DNA of 64,000 bases from Raillietiella orientalis. Its lineage: Eukaryota. This document shows, piece after piece, positions 38,569 through 48,813 of this stretch. Below the pieces are notes generated by a model. The model was not told the origin of the DNA. It saw nothing but the letters and a program-made list of their open reading frames with translations, and did not search any database. A program made the translations under genes and the position numbers. Positions within the stretch are counted from its first letter, which is position 1; each line of letters begins with the position of its first letter. The stretch covers positions 1,736,001 to 1,800,000 of the forward strand of contig JAYWIR010000016.1 of NCBI GenBank assembly GCA_036172245.1, read 5' to 3'.

Positions 38569-40255
38569 GAACACGGACCAAGGAGTCCAGCATGGGCGCG
38601 ATTGGTCGGGAAGTTGGCGAAACCCGTAGGCGCAATGAAAGTTTATCACCCGGTTACGCCGGGGCGTTTATTTACATAAACCAGTCCCCAACCAAAACAA
38701 CAACAGCAGAGAGAGTCCCCCGGCACGCAGGCTGGGAAGACGGACAGTTCGGAACGGGGGAAAAAACAGGGGACAACAAAAAAAAACAAAACAAAACGGG
38801 AGAGAAGGGGTACAGGTCTTTGGTGAGGCTCCATTTTCACCGGGGAAAAAACAAAAAGCACCAAGAAAATTAAGGAGTCTAAGGGAACAAAGGTTAAGAA
38901 TAATAAATTGTTAAATAAATTAAGGGAGGGAGGGGCAAGCGTCACCGGGTTCGCCGCGGCAAGCCATCTGTAAACCGGTGGTGAATGTCGGTGATCTCTT
39001 CTTTTGCCTCTTCTGTCAGATGAGGCAATCTGATAGCTACCCCGATGTAGGGCCTGATGACCTTTCGCTGCCCGGTGGTCACCAGCGCCTGTCGGGCCGA
39101 AACAGGATCGACTCCGTCGCCCCGCACCCGCCACAGTTGGCGGGCGCAACCCCACCGGAAACACGATGCCATCGCTCGTTACACTGGAATCCCCAGTGAA
39201 TGAAGAGCAGTACAGCTTGTTTCCAAGCAAGGGGGAACATCGAACCGTCCACACAATGGGGAGGGACCACAAGTTCCTCATGGTAACACTAAGATCTCCC
39301 CACCGAAGGAGTCCCTGCACGAGGAGTGGCAGCACCCGCCAATTCACTCGTCTTCCACTCGCCGAGGAGTTTTCTTCTCCCCGCAATGGTGCAGGAAACC
39401 TCCCACCTCGCCGGTAGGCAGCTGTCGTTTTCTGCCCTGAGGGCAGACAGCGCTGCGGCGAGGGGCGTGGCGTCCAGGGTGGAAAACTTCACCTCGCCCT
39501 GCAGCACCATCTTCCAGAGATCGTAATACTAAATGTCGCAGAGGGAGAAGATCGTCAGGGCACATCCCTTGGAACGCTGCCCAGGATTCAACAGCCTACT
39601 GCCGCCAAGCGTTGAAGTTTATTGGGCAGCAGGAGATCCACGAGCACAATGAAAGTGAGTGGCGTCGACGGCGGCTCCGCTCGCCCCGCGCGTTGCCCGC
39701 TCCCGTCGCTACCGGGCGCGTCGACGGCGCATCCGGCCTTCTTTACGCCTCGCTCTTCGCGTCCCGTTTCTTCCTCGCTACCCTTTTCGGGGGGCACGGA
39801 GACCGGCGCGCGCGAGCGGCGGTCTGGGAGTACCGGCGCGTAGTCGGCACGAGAGTCTCGTGTCCGCGCGGGTGTCCGATCGCTCGCCAATCTGAGAAGA
39901 TCCTCCTGCGAGCGAGCGCTCCCTCCTCTTCGGAGGAAGAGCCTCGTTCGTCGCCCCCTCAGCGGGCACAGCGCGCAGTACTCCCGGGACGTTCCGTAAC
40001 TCTCGATCGCCGTCGGAGCGTAGCGCTCACGCTGAGACCCGAAAGATGGTGGACCCATGCTTGGCCAGGACAAAGCCGGAGGAAACTGATGGAGAACCGC
40101 AGCGATCCTAACGTGCAAATCGGTCATAGGAGCTGGGCATAGGGGCGAAAATCCAACCGTCTGGTAGCTGCTGGTTCCTTTGAAGTTTCCCTCAGGATAG
40201 CTGGCGCTTGCTGAAGCGAGAGAGTCCCAACCGGTAAGGCGAATGATTCAAGGCG
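38569..40255 (+). rRNA. 28S: 28S rRNA pseudogene fragment 1 (core after D2, through D3, to ~D4), interrupted by LINE B6
   Basis: GAACACGGACCAAGGAGTC...GGCGCAATGAAAGT, then after the insertion GACCCGAAAGATGGTG, AACGTGCAAATCGGTC, GAAGTTTCCCTCAGGATAGCTGG and GGTAAGGCGAATGATT; substitutions in conserved cores indicate a pseudogene. Confidence 0.9.
38643..39643 (-). mobile_element. Family B L1/Tx1-like 3' fragment B6, antisense inside 28S fragment 1
   Basis: LPARWEVSCTI homology to B2/B4; sense end AATAAA-CGC-CCCGG-CGTAA-CCGGG-TGATAA; TSD GCGCAATGAAAGT (38630-38642) / GCACAATGAAAGT (39644-39656). Confidence 0.85.
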
Positions 40256-41144
40256 GATGGTTGGAATGCCAGCCTCTTCATAATGGTCTTTTGCAAATCT
40301 ACTTCTCTCCTGAGGTCCTCCTTGTTCACTTCGGTGACCACCCTCTTGAGTTCCAGAAAGTTCTGCACTGAGAGAGTCGTTTCGGTTTTTTTCTTTTCGT
40401 TCGCACGTTTCCAGACTGCCGGCGACTCGTCTCGTTCCTTTCCTTGGCGGAAGGGTAGGCGGTGAGCGCCATTTGCATGCTTTCCGTGCCGTATCTTTCT
40501 CCTTTTTCGGCGGCTGCAGCAGCTTGAGGAGAGGGGGCCGTCGCAGGCCGACATCTTCCCGTTCCGGTAAGAGCGGAGCGTCATTTCCAGTCTTGGTGTG
40601 AAGATGTGTAACGTCCCTGTTCCCTCTTTTTGTACCCTCGCAATCTGGGCTTCAATTTGGGGAGTGCTTCCACACGATTGCTCTTGCCTGCTGACAGCGG
40701 GACTGCTGATCCTCTGCACTCCTAGTGAGGTCCCTGAACCCGCTCCTGGATAGGACAGATGTGCTGCATCGAAAAAGTGGGGAGATCGTTGCTGCGGAAT
40801 TCAAGGAACAGGCTGCAAGACTGGACCGAAGAGTTCGAGGAAAGCAGGCTGCCGAGGAAGATGCCCATCGGCCGAAGCTGTCCCGGCCTGCCTGCAGTTA
40901 AATGCATCCTCCGAGCCGTGTGAAGACGCACGTTGCTGTGAGACGGAGGAGGCAGGTGCGAGCATCTCCCAGATTTTTTTCTTATCGCGTCTCTCCAGCC
41001 CTGCTGCCCCCGGTGCCTTCATCACACGGTCTCCTGAGTCCGCCTCCAGAAGATCGATCCGCAAGTGGTTCCTGTTCGTCGCCCAGGACGCCGACTCCTC
41101 AGTTCCACTGCCCGCAGCTTGTGCTGGGACTTGGAAGGTTTCAG

Positions 41145-42306
41145 GAACGCGGATTGAGGAGGAGTCCAGCGGGTGCTCGCGAGTCGTCAGGAAGTTCGCC
41201 AAATCCCAAAGGCGCAATGAAAGTGCGTGCGGCCGTTGACGATGACCCCGCCCGCCCTGTGCGTCCCCGCCCCTCTCCGATCAGACACGTTGTGGTCTCC
41301 CTCCCTGCTCTCCTTTCCGCGCGCGCGCACGCGGAGGAAGTGGACGGTTGGAAAGCTCCGGCGCGTCGAGGTCCGCCGGAAGGATGAGCGGGACGCGAGT
41401 GTTCGATCTCGCGTCAAGCTGGGAAGACCCGCCTGCGGGCAGCCTCTCGGGACCGTTCGCTGCCCTCGCGGACACACGCGGAGCGCTCCCGAGACGTACC
41501 GCGAACGCTCGATCGCCCGTCGGAGTGCTCGCTGGGAGCCGAAAAATGGTGGACCCATGCCTGACCAGAGGACGAAGCCAGAGGAAACTTTGTTGTAGTT
41601 ACGCGGCGATGCCCACGTGCAGTTTGGTCCTGGAAGACTGGTCGTAGGAGCGAAAGACGAATCGAATTATCCAGTAGCTGCCTCCGAAGTTTTCCTCAGG
41701 ATAGCTAGTGCTCGCCGAAGCGTAAGGGAAGAGGGGGGAGTCTCATCCAGTGAAGCCAGTAGTTAGAGGCCTCAGGACCGACATGACCTCGACCTATTCT
41801 CAAACTTGAAACGGGTGAGTCCGGGTTGCTTGAAAGCTGAAGCCCGGACTGTCGGATCCATGAGCGCTCAGTGGGCCAATTTTGGTAAGCAGAACTGACG
41901 CTGTGGGATGAACCGGACGTTGGATTACGGCGCCCGATGCGACGCCCGTCATATCCCATGAAAGGTGTCGGTTGCTATGGACAGCAAGACGGTGGCCATG
42001 GAAGTCAGAATCCGTTAAGATGTGTGTAACAACTGACCCGCCGAAGCCATCGGCCCTGAAAATGGATGGCGTTCAAGCGAAGAGTCCGACCGCCGGGACA
42101 GCCGCTCCTGCCTCCCGGACACGTTCCAGTGGACGGCAGATTCCTCGGATTCCGGCGAGTAGAAGGGTCGCGACGGTACGCGCAAAAGGGCTTGGACGCG
42201 AGCTCGCCTGGTGGTAGTAGCAAATACTCCAGTGAGATCCTAAAGGTCTGTTATGGGGTAGGGTTCCATGCGAACAACCTTTGAGCATGGTTCAGTCGAT
42301 CCTAAG
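41145..42306 (+). rRNA. 28S: 28S rRNA pseudogene fragment 2 (about D3-D6)
   Basis: AAAGGCGCAATGAAAGT, GAAGCCAGAGGAAACT, ACCTATTCTCAAACTT, TTTTGGTAAGCAGAACTG, GGTGGCCATGGAAGTC, GCCCTGAAAATGGATGGCG, GGTGGTAGTAGCAAATA, CAGTCGATCCTAAG. Confidence 0.92.
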
Positions 42307-43759
42307 TCCCCGGTTTCCAGATTTCTGAAGAAGAATCGTCAGGAGTCTCGAAACCAGCGCACTGGAGCATGCGACTCGGTCTCTTAAGCAGTCGAATGCA
42401 GCGTGGATGAAACTCCTCAGTAACTGGGAGGATACGCTCAAACCCCGATCCAGCGCAAGGGAGAACGAGCCACAGACCCTGGGGAGTCACTCCAGGAGCC
42501 GACACTTGTAGCACACGATGACGAGTGCTGCTCTTCGCGCTTCTCCTTTCGACGTTGAGTAGGCTGCAGCGAGATCTTCAGCAAAGAAACCTCAGGGAGT
42601 GGACGCAAAGACGAGTGGCACTTTGATTGTCCGTACTGGAACATCGGTCGACATCTTTGAGGTTTTCGGGAAGGATGAGTGAAAGTGGCTACCCGGCAGA
42701 CTACCATTACAAAGACAATGAAGAACCCACCGAGAATCCAAAATCTTCGGGGAAGTCTCCTCGAGAGCTCTGGGGAGTCTCAGGATTAAACCCAAACGGA
42801 AAAGAATCCCGCTTGCTAATACCCTGGGGGTGTTCTTTTTGGTGTTGTTGGTTGCTGGGGGAGGTCATTTCTGTCAAAGTGCTGGATGTGCGCTCACTGA
42901 GCTTCAATGCCATTCTCCCCCTATGCGAAGCAAGAAGACTCGACGAAAACAGGAAGCTCCTCAGTGATCGTCAGCAGTTGCGTTCCCGAAGTCTATCTGG
43001 GAAAACGCAACGAAATGTTTCAAGAAACCATCAAGGGAGAAAGACACAGAGATGGAAAGTCAGCAGATCTGTCTCTTAGGGAACGAAAGAGTAGTTGGAA
43101 ATCTTCCTGAGATCAGCTGATTGGAATTCCTGAATGAAAAACCTTCCTGACGAAAGATCGTCTTTTCTTCCTCAAAATCAAACCATGAATGATCTTCCTT
43201 GTGGTAAACTGAGTTTCCCTCACTCTCTTAAGTTTCGTCGCGTATCAAAACATTGACCGTTGTTGAGACATTCCGGAGATACAGGAAGAACTTTCCCTGC
43301 AAAAGTTCGCCGTCGCTCTCTTCTCTGGAGATTCCTCAAGAGCTGCAAGATGCTATTTCTGTCCGAACGGAAGGATGCAGCAGAGACCTCAGGGAGCGAG
43401 TCATCAGGTGCCACAACGACTTCGTGTCTCTTGACGTGCTGAGAACGCCCAGAAAGTTGAGTGGGGATCTGGGAAGCTGCTATCCGCCCCAAAATGGCTC
43501 CTAGAGTTCTTGTGAATGACCTTGGTGGAGTCTGCCTCGAACGAGGTGCCTCTCCTCCTCTCTTCGCCTTGAAGCTGTCAAAAACTTCAGAGCTCAGAAG
43601 ATTCTTGAGGGGAGATGCTAGCCACGGTGTTCATTCCGCATACTCACCAGCCTCCTCCCGAATAATCAGTCATTCTCGGCCACAAACTTCTAAACTGCTT
43701 GAGAGCAACCGTAGTACCCACCCATTTTCTTGCATCGCGATCATCTTGCCAAGTGGTTT

Positions 43760-44170
43760 CTCCCTGGTCACTCCCGGACTTTTATTTAAAAATAAACAAA
43801 TCACAATTCAGAGGGGATGGTGTCCCCTAAATACAAAAATACAACGATAACAACAAAAGCTTACTGGGGATGGCTACGAGCTAGGAGGCAGACTTGTAAG
43901 GGAGTTTCAGGATCGGTAGGGAAGAGACAATTAATGAATAAAAAAAGACGAAAAGGTAGGGACGGAAGATCTTTGGTTTCAGTCGTTCCTTCCTTCCCAA
44001 AAGCAGCTGTGGATGGCAGCGACCTCTCCGATGGCCTCATTTTGCAGGTGAGGCCACCTTGCAGCCGTCCCCATCGAGGCGGCTGCCATGCTGGTGGCCT
44101 CCCTTCGCTACGAACGAGACGCCAACACATGGCCGGCTGTCACCATGGCGCGAATATAACAGATCGTTGC
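43760..44170 (-). mobile_element. Family B 3' fragment B7
   Basis: TAARWPHL C-terminus (cf. IGWPHL in B2); sense end AATAAA-AGT-CCGGG-AGTGA-CCAGG. Confidence 0.65.
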
Positions 44171-44179
44171 GACCACGGA

Positions 44180-44352
44180 GCCCGACGTTATCGTTTGTTT
44201 TCCTTTTGTTGGAATTTTGTTTCATCCTCTTCCCCCTGATGGACCACGCCGGCTTCCCCCCTTTTTTCCTAATGTGACAATTGGAATCGGTGAGCCTTTT
44301 GGCCCCATCGATTCCTGCAAGAGGAATAAACGCCCCGGCGCACCCGGGTGTG
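44180..44352 (+). mobile_element. Family B 3' UTR-only fragment B8
   Basis: T-rich tract, GGAATCGGTGAGCCTTTTGGCCCCATCGATTCC hairpin, AATAAA-CGC-CCCGG-CGCAC-CCGGG-TG; homologous to the B9 3' UTR. Confidence 0.7.
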
Positions 44353-44369
44353 AAATCACGCAGCCGCCT

Positions 44370-45543
44370 CCCATCTTGCGACTTCCCCCTCCGGTGCGTC
44401 GCTGCTCTGGTGAGAGCGACCACGTGGATCCGCTGCCGCCCTGCGAACACTCCGGTCTGGCGGCAGGAGAAAGTGAGGACGTGGGCCCAGCTCGCCCGTA
44501 CCCCGGCGGAAGTTACCCGCTGCCGAGAGTTTCAGAAGAACAGCGGAAGAACACTGGAGGCGGTGGGTAGTGAGCTGACCATGTTGGCCTACCCACCAGC
44601 CACCCCCTTCGCCGCAGCGGTGTCCTCCGCTGTCGAGGCACATGGCACTTGCCTACCGGCGGGCGAAGTGGGAAGGAGGTTTCCTGAGAGATCTCGACCC
44701 GCAGGAAGCCTATCGGTGGCTGCACACCGCGTGAGCTGGCTGACTCGGCAACAGCAACAACCGTCTCCAAAGGACTGGAACGTTGGGGCGAACTCTTCGC
44801 CATTCGGCCCGAAGAGTTGAAAGTTCCCCCCCGTGTTTACGGACAGGAATCTGCCTCCCCTCAAGTGGGGGCAATCACCGCGCTGATGATACTGCAGTGG
44901 AGCCTTCCGTGCAATGCCCATCGGCACCACTGGACGAGGGGAAGCGCATGCCGAACTGTGCCAGGTGTGGAGAGAAGTAGTCCTTCCCCCACCTCCTAGT
45001 GCGATGCGTCGCTTTCCGGGAACCGTGGGAACGTTTCTCCACGTCCCTTCCGCACCCCGTGGACGATCCCAGAGACTCTTTGAGGCCCCTCTTCGTGTGG
45101 GACGCCATGACGCCCGCAGCCGCGATCGCAGCGCTGCGCTGCGTGCGCGGTGTCGTCGCTGCGACGCCGAGAGAGGCCGCAGCGACCGGGGGGGGTGGGG
45201 GCTGTCCTGCACGCCATCCGCTTCCTGCAGATCGCTCTGGCGTGGCTCCACCTGAACAGGGAGAAGGAGGAGGTCGCCGACATCCTTCAACGGATGCAGT
45301 GGCCTCACCCACCACGAAATGGGATCCCTCCCCTCCCCCCCAACGAATCTTTTTTTTTGTTAGTTTTTATTGTTTGTTTCTTTTTTTAGCTTTCTATTTT
45401 TGCTTTATCCCTCTTCCCATTCGTGGAAGTGATGGACCTCGCTGGCTTCCCCTTAGTTTTAGCGTAATAATTGGAATCGGTGAGCCTTTTGGCTTCAGTG
45501 ATCCCTCTAGGAGAGAAATAAACTCCCCGGCGCACCCGGGTGC
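44370..45543 (+). mobile_element. Family B 3' fragment B9
   Basis: TWIRCRPAN..., ELCQVWRE and ALAWLHL homology; end AATAAA-CTC-CCCGG-CGCAC-CCGGG-TG; flanking repeat GAAATCACGnnGCC(C)GCCT at ~44352 and ~45544. Confidence 0.8.
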
Positions 45544-47106
45544 GAAATCACGGCGCCCGCCTTGCGTGAAGGAGCCGCCGCAGAACGTCCGCAACAGGGG
45601 GGTCCTGAGGTCGACGGAGCGCCGAAGGCCGTCGCCGCCACACGTCCTCCAGGGCCCTGCAGTCCAACGGGAGGTGCTGGAACGGTTCGGGGAGGCAGCT
45701 CTCCCGGAACCGGGTGCCTGCTCTGAAAGCCCTGCATCAAAAGCCCCAGTGCGGAGACAGCACAACATTCCGTTTCCAGCGGGGCAGGAACGCAAGGGTA
45801 TCCGCACGCAGGGAAGGGACGGCGAATCCTTTGAAGCCGCACCGAGCAAGTCGCTCCACCGAAGGGGTCCCTTCGTCCGGGAACGACGAGTAAAGCCCTC
45901 CGTCAACGCGCTCGTCTTGCAGTCGTCGGGGAGCCTCTCGACGCCCGCAATGTTGCAGGAGAACTCCCACCCCGCCGGCTGTCTGCCTGCCGTCGTTGTT
46001 TGTCCTGAAGGGTAGACAGCTCTGCGGCAAGGGATATGACGTCAATCAAGAACCACGTCGTCCAGTCCTGTAGGATATCTCCTTGCCAAGTAGTCGCTCC
46101 TTGCGGAGAGCGTTCTCATCCGCATCAGTACAATGAGAACGCTGACGTTAGTGGAAAGGGGAAGTTTTCAGGGAACGAGGCACCGAGAAGTGCTGTTTCC
46201 TTCCTGAGTGCTGTTTCCGTCCGGTCCAGTTTGTTTTTGATGATTCGGTGAATCGACCAAGGGAGGCTTCCCAGATGGAATCAAGCTGATGGCACGTTAA
46301 AACCTTCACTGGCGGGAGGAAAGGGGGCGAAGGCGCTTCGCCCATTGCAAATGATCCGGGAAACCAATCCCATTTCGGAAGTTTGGGACGGGCGCGGAGG
46401 TGAAGACCGCTCCCACAGGAAAGATGTGGCTTCCCCCTTCAACGGGAACGTCCGGCGGCTCAGCATCGGTCTTAAAGGCTACTGGTTTAGGGTTCCACGA
46501 AGTAGAACAGAATGGACGCAACTTGGGCGCTTGGGAAAAGGAGCGCTTCGCACCCTGCTCCAGCTCCGCCATCTAACCAGTTTCCAGAAATCCCGAAGCC
46601 TGCAGCTCTGACCTCTTCCACGACGTCGCGCGTCACATCCAAGCTCCTTGGACGTTTCGGAGTTTCAGATGCTCTCCTCCTTCCGTGGAGAAGATCGAAT
46701 AACATGTTTCCGTTATGTCGGCCGAAAATCATGTGCTGTCGGTCACGGGCTACAAGAAACTTAATGCTTGTTGAGATGCGCTGTACGTCTCATGGTTCCT
46801 AACCTCGGAGGAACAGCGAGTTTGAGTAGAGGATCAAGCGAGCCAGCCAGACTTTCCCCTTCCAAATCGCATTATGCGGTCTGTAATGGCGTTAAGAAAA
46901 GGCTTAAGGGTATTTCGTGAATGTCCGTCTCGCCGAGGTTCCCATTCCTCCGCAGACCAAAGAAAACAGCAGGAATGCAGTCCGTGCAGTACCCAAATGT
47001 TTGAATTTTCTTACTCCTACGTACTTTTTAATTCTCGTGGAAAAGAGAGAAAAAAAAAAATTCAACACGCTATCTAAAGGAATGAAGTGAAGAAAAACAT
47101 TGGGCA

Positions 47107-48771
47107 ATGTTGGCGAAATCGTGTGTTTCTTCCGGCGCGACTCCGATGGAAGCGGTGGAGACGACGATGGCGGTGGCGGAGGCGGCGCCCCCGGAGACGG
47201 CGGTCGCCGGAGCGACAAGAGGGCCCGTAGGCCCCACCGTTGCTAGTGACGCGACGCCATCTTGCGCGGTGGCTGCGACCGTGGAGCGGCCACCGGCAGC
47301 GGCGGCAGCTTTTTCCTATGCGGAGGTGGCGGCTGGGACGGCGACCACCCAGCCGCAGAGGAAATTCGGGAAGCCAGAGTCCGGGCCGATACGAGACATC
47401 GACGAGCCCATAATTAAACTAGAACCGAACGTGAAGACGGTCGCGTTCAAGACTGGACTTATAAAAATGAACAACATCAAAGAGGTATACCTGGCTCTCT
47501 ACAAACAACAGGTGGACTTTGACCGCCAGCAGGCGATCGTCCCGAACACCTCGGGATTCACAGTGTACACCGACTGTGAAGAAATAAGGGAATCCCTAAT
47601 TGAAAAAGGGATCAACATCCAGGGCAGGATAGTGTGTGGCGTCGGCGAAATGCCGTACACCACCCTATTCCTGAGCGGACTCGGGCCGTTCGTCACCCAA
47701 AGGGCTGTGTGGAGGAAACTGTCGCAGTACGGCGAGGTACTGGACAGCAACTTCCACAATATATCGGGAAAGATCTTTTCAGGGGAAGCGACGGTGAAGA
47801 TGAAGTTGAAGGAGGAAGCCCAGGTTCCTGGGATGATCTACTTCGACGGAGACGACATGGGAGTCTCCGTTCGACATAGGGCGCAGCCAGTTTTCTGCAA
47901 CGGCTGCAAAACCTTTGAACACCGGCAGCGAGTCTGCCCGAGGGCCAAGTGCTTCCGCTGTGGGAAGCAGGGCCACCAGGTGCGGGACTGCAGCATGCCG
48001 GAGGTGTGTTCGTTCTGCAAGTCTCCGGGGCATGCAAAGTGGTGCTGCCCGGAGTTTGCAAACTACAGAACGATGCAAGGTCAATCCCCAGTCAGGACAC
48101 GGGTGTTGGAGGAGGTAATCAAACCTCAAAGGGCGATGAAGCAGAGGAAGGCGAAGGAGGCAGCCCCAGTTTCGGCGGACGGCTTCACCACGGTGGGGAA
48201 GGGCGGCAAGAGGAGGATGCTCGTGAAGGAGCAAGAATCCTCTGCTGCGCAGGTCGAGGAGCAGGTTGGCGAGCAGGTTGGCGAGCAGGTTGGCGAGCAG
48301 GTTGGCGAGCAGGTTGGCGAGCAAGTTGGCGAGAAGGCCGAAGTAGAGCAGGTTGGCGAGAAGCAGGGTGTGCCGGAAGGCGAGGTGATGGAAATCACCG
48401 AAACCGTTCCGACATCGCAGGAGGCGGTGCAGCTCACCGAGGAGGTGGTGAAGCTTGCGGAAGAAGTGCAGGGGGAGAAAAGTGAGGTGCAGCAGGAGCA
48501 ACTCCTGACTCGCATCAATGAAACCCAACAGGGAATCAACACCCTGGTGATCCAAGAAGAGCGTGAAAAGCTAGAGAACCAGCTTTTCGAAGTGAAAGCG
48601 GCGTACTGCGCGAAGGTCTCCCTCGAGACACTTCCGCGCAAGGCGATCGCCAGGGCAGAACGCACAATGGAGACGGACCGGGAGTCCACAGACCACACCG
48701 GCACGGAGAGCGATGCCGGGAATGAGAAGTCAGCTTCCTCGACGGTGAGATGCGAAAGGTCTCCCCGTTAG
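47107..48771 (+). CDS. LINE ORF1p, gag-like nucleic-acid-binding protein (554 aa)
   Basis: SYAEVAA motif, RRM-like region (TLFLSGLGPFV..LSQYGEV), three CX2CX4HX4C knuckles (CNGCKTFEHRQRVC, CFRCGKQGHQVRDC, CSFCKSPGHAKWCC), acidic coiled-coil-like tail. Confidence 0.9.
   Translation: MLAKSCVSSGATPMEAVETTMAVAEAAPPETAVAGATRGPVGPTVASDATPSCAVAATVERPPAAAAAFSYAEVAAGTATTQPQRKFGKPESGPIRDIDEPIIKLEPNVKTVAFKTGLIKMNNIKEVYLALYKQQVDFDRQQAIVPNTSGFTVYTDCEEIRESLIEKGINIQGRIVCGVGEMPYTTLFLSGLGPFVTQRAVWRKLSQYGEVLDSNFHNISGKIFSGEATVKMKLKEEAQVPGMIYFDGDDMGVSVRHRAQPVFCNGCKTFEHRQRVCPRAKCFRCGKQGHQVRDCSMPEVCSFCKSPGHAKWCCPEFANYRTMQGQSPVRTRVLEEVIKPQRAMKQRKAKEAAPVSADGFTTVGKGGKRRMLVKEQESSAAQVEEQVGEQVGEQVGEQVGEQVGEQVGEKAEVEQVGEKQGVPEGEVMEITETVPTSQEAVQLTEEVVKLAEEVQGEKSEVQQEQLLTRINETQQGINTLVIQEEREKLENQLFEVKAAYCAKVSLETLPRKAIARAERTMETDRESTDHTGTESDAGNEKSASSTVRCERSPR
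48259..48330 (+). repeat. 12-bp coding minisatellite GAGCAGGTTGGC x6 (EQVG repeats)
   Basis: Directly visible; last unit GAGCAAGTTGGC. Confidence 0.95.
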
Positions 48772-48813
48772 AAGAAGCTGAGGAAAGCGAAGCATTAGAC
48801 TTCGAACCCTTTC

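Noticed and set aside
42480..42540. Minus-strand IVCYKC zinc-knuckle remnant next to the 28S fragment (R1-like insertion?)
   Set aside because: The motif is too degenerate, and the junction is not at the known R1/R2 28S site.
45480..45500. U2 snRNA target site (GCCTTTTGGCT)
   Set aside because: Only 11 nt match and they lie inside the element's 3' UTR, not at an insertion junction.
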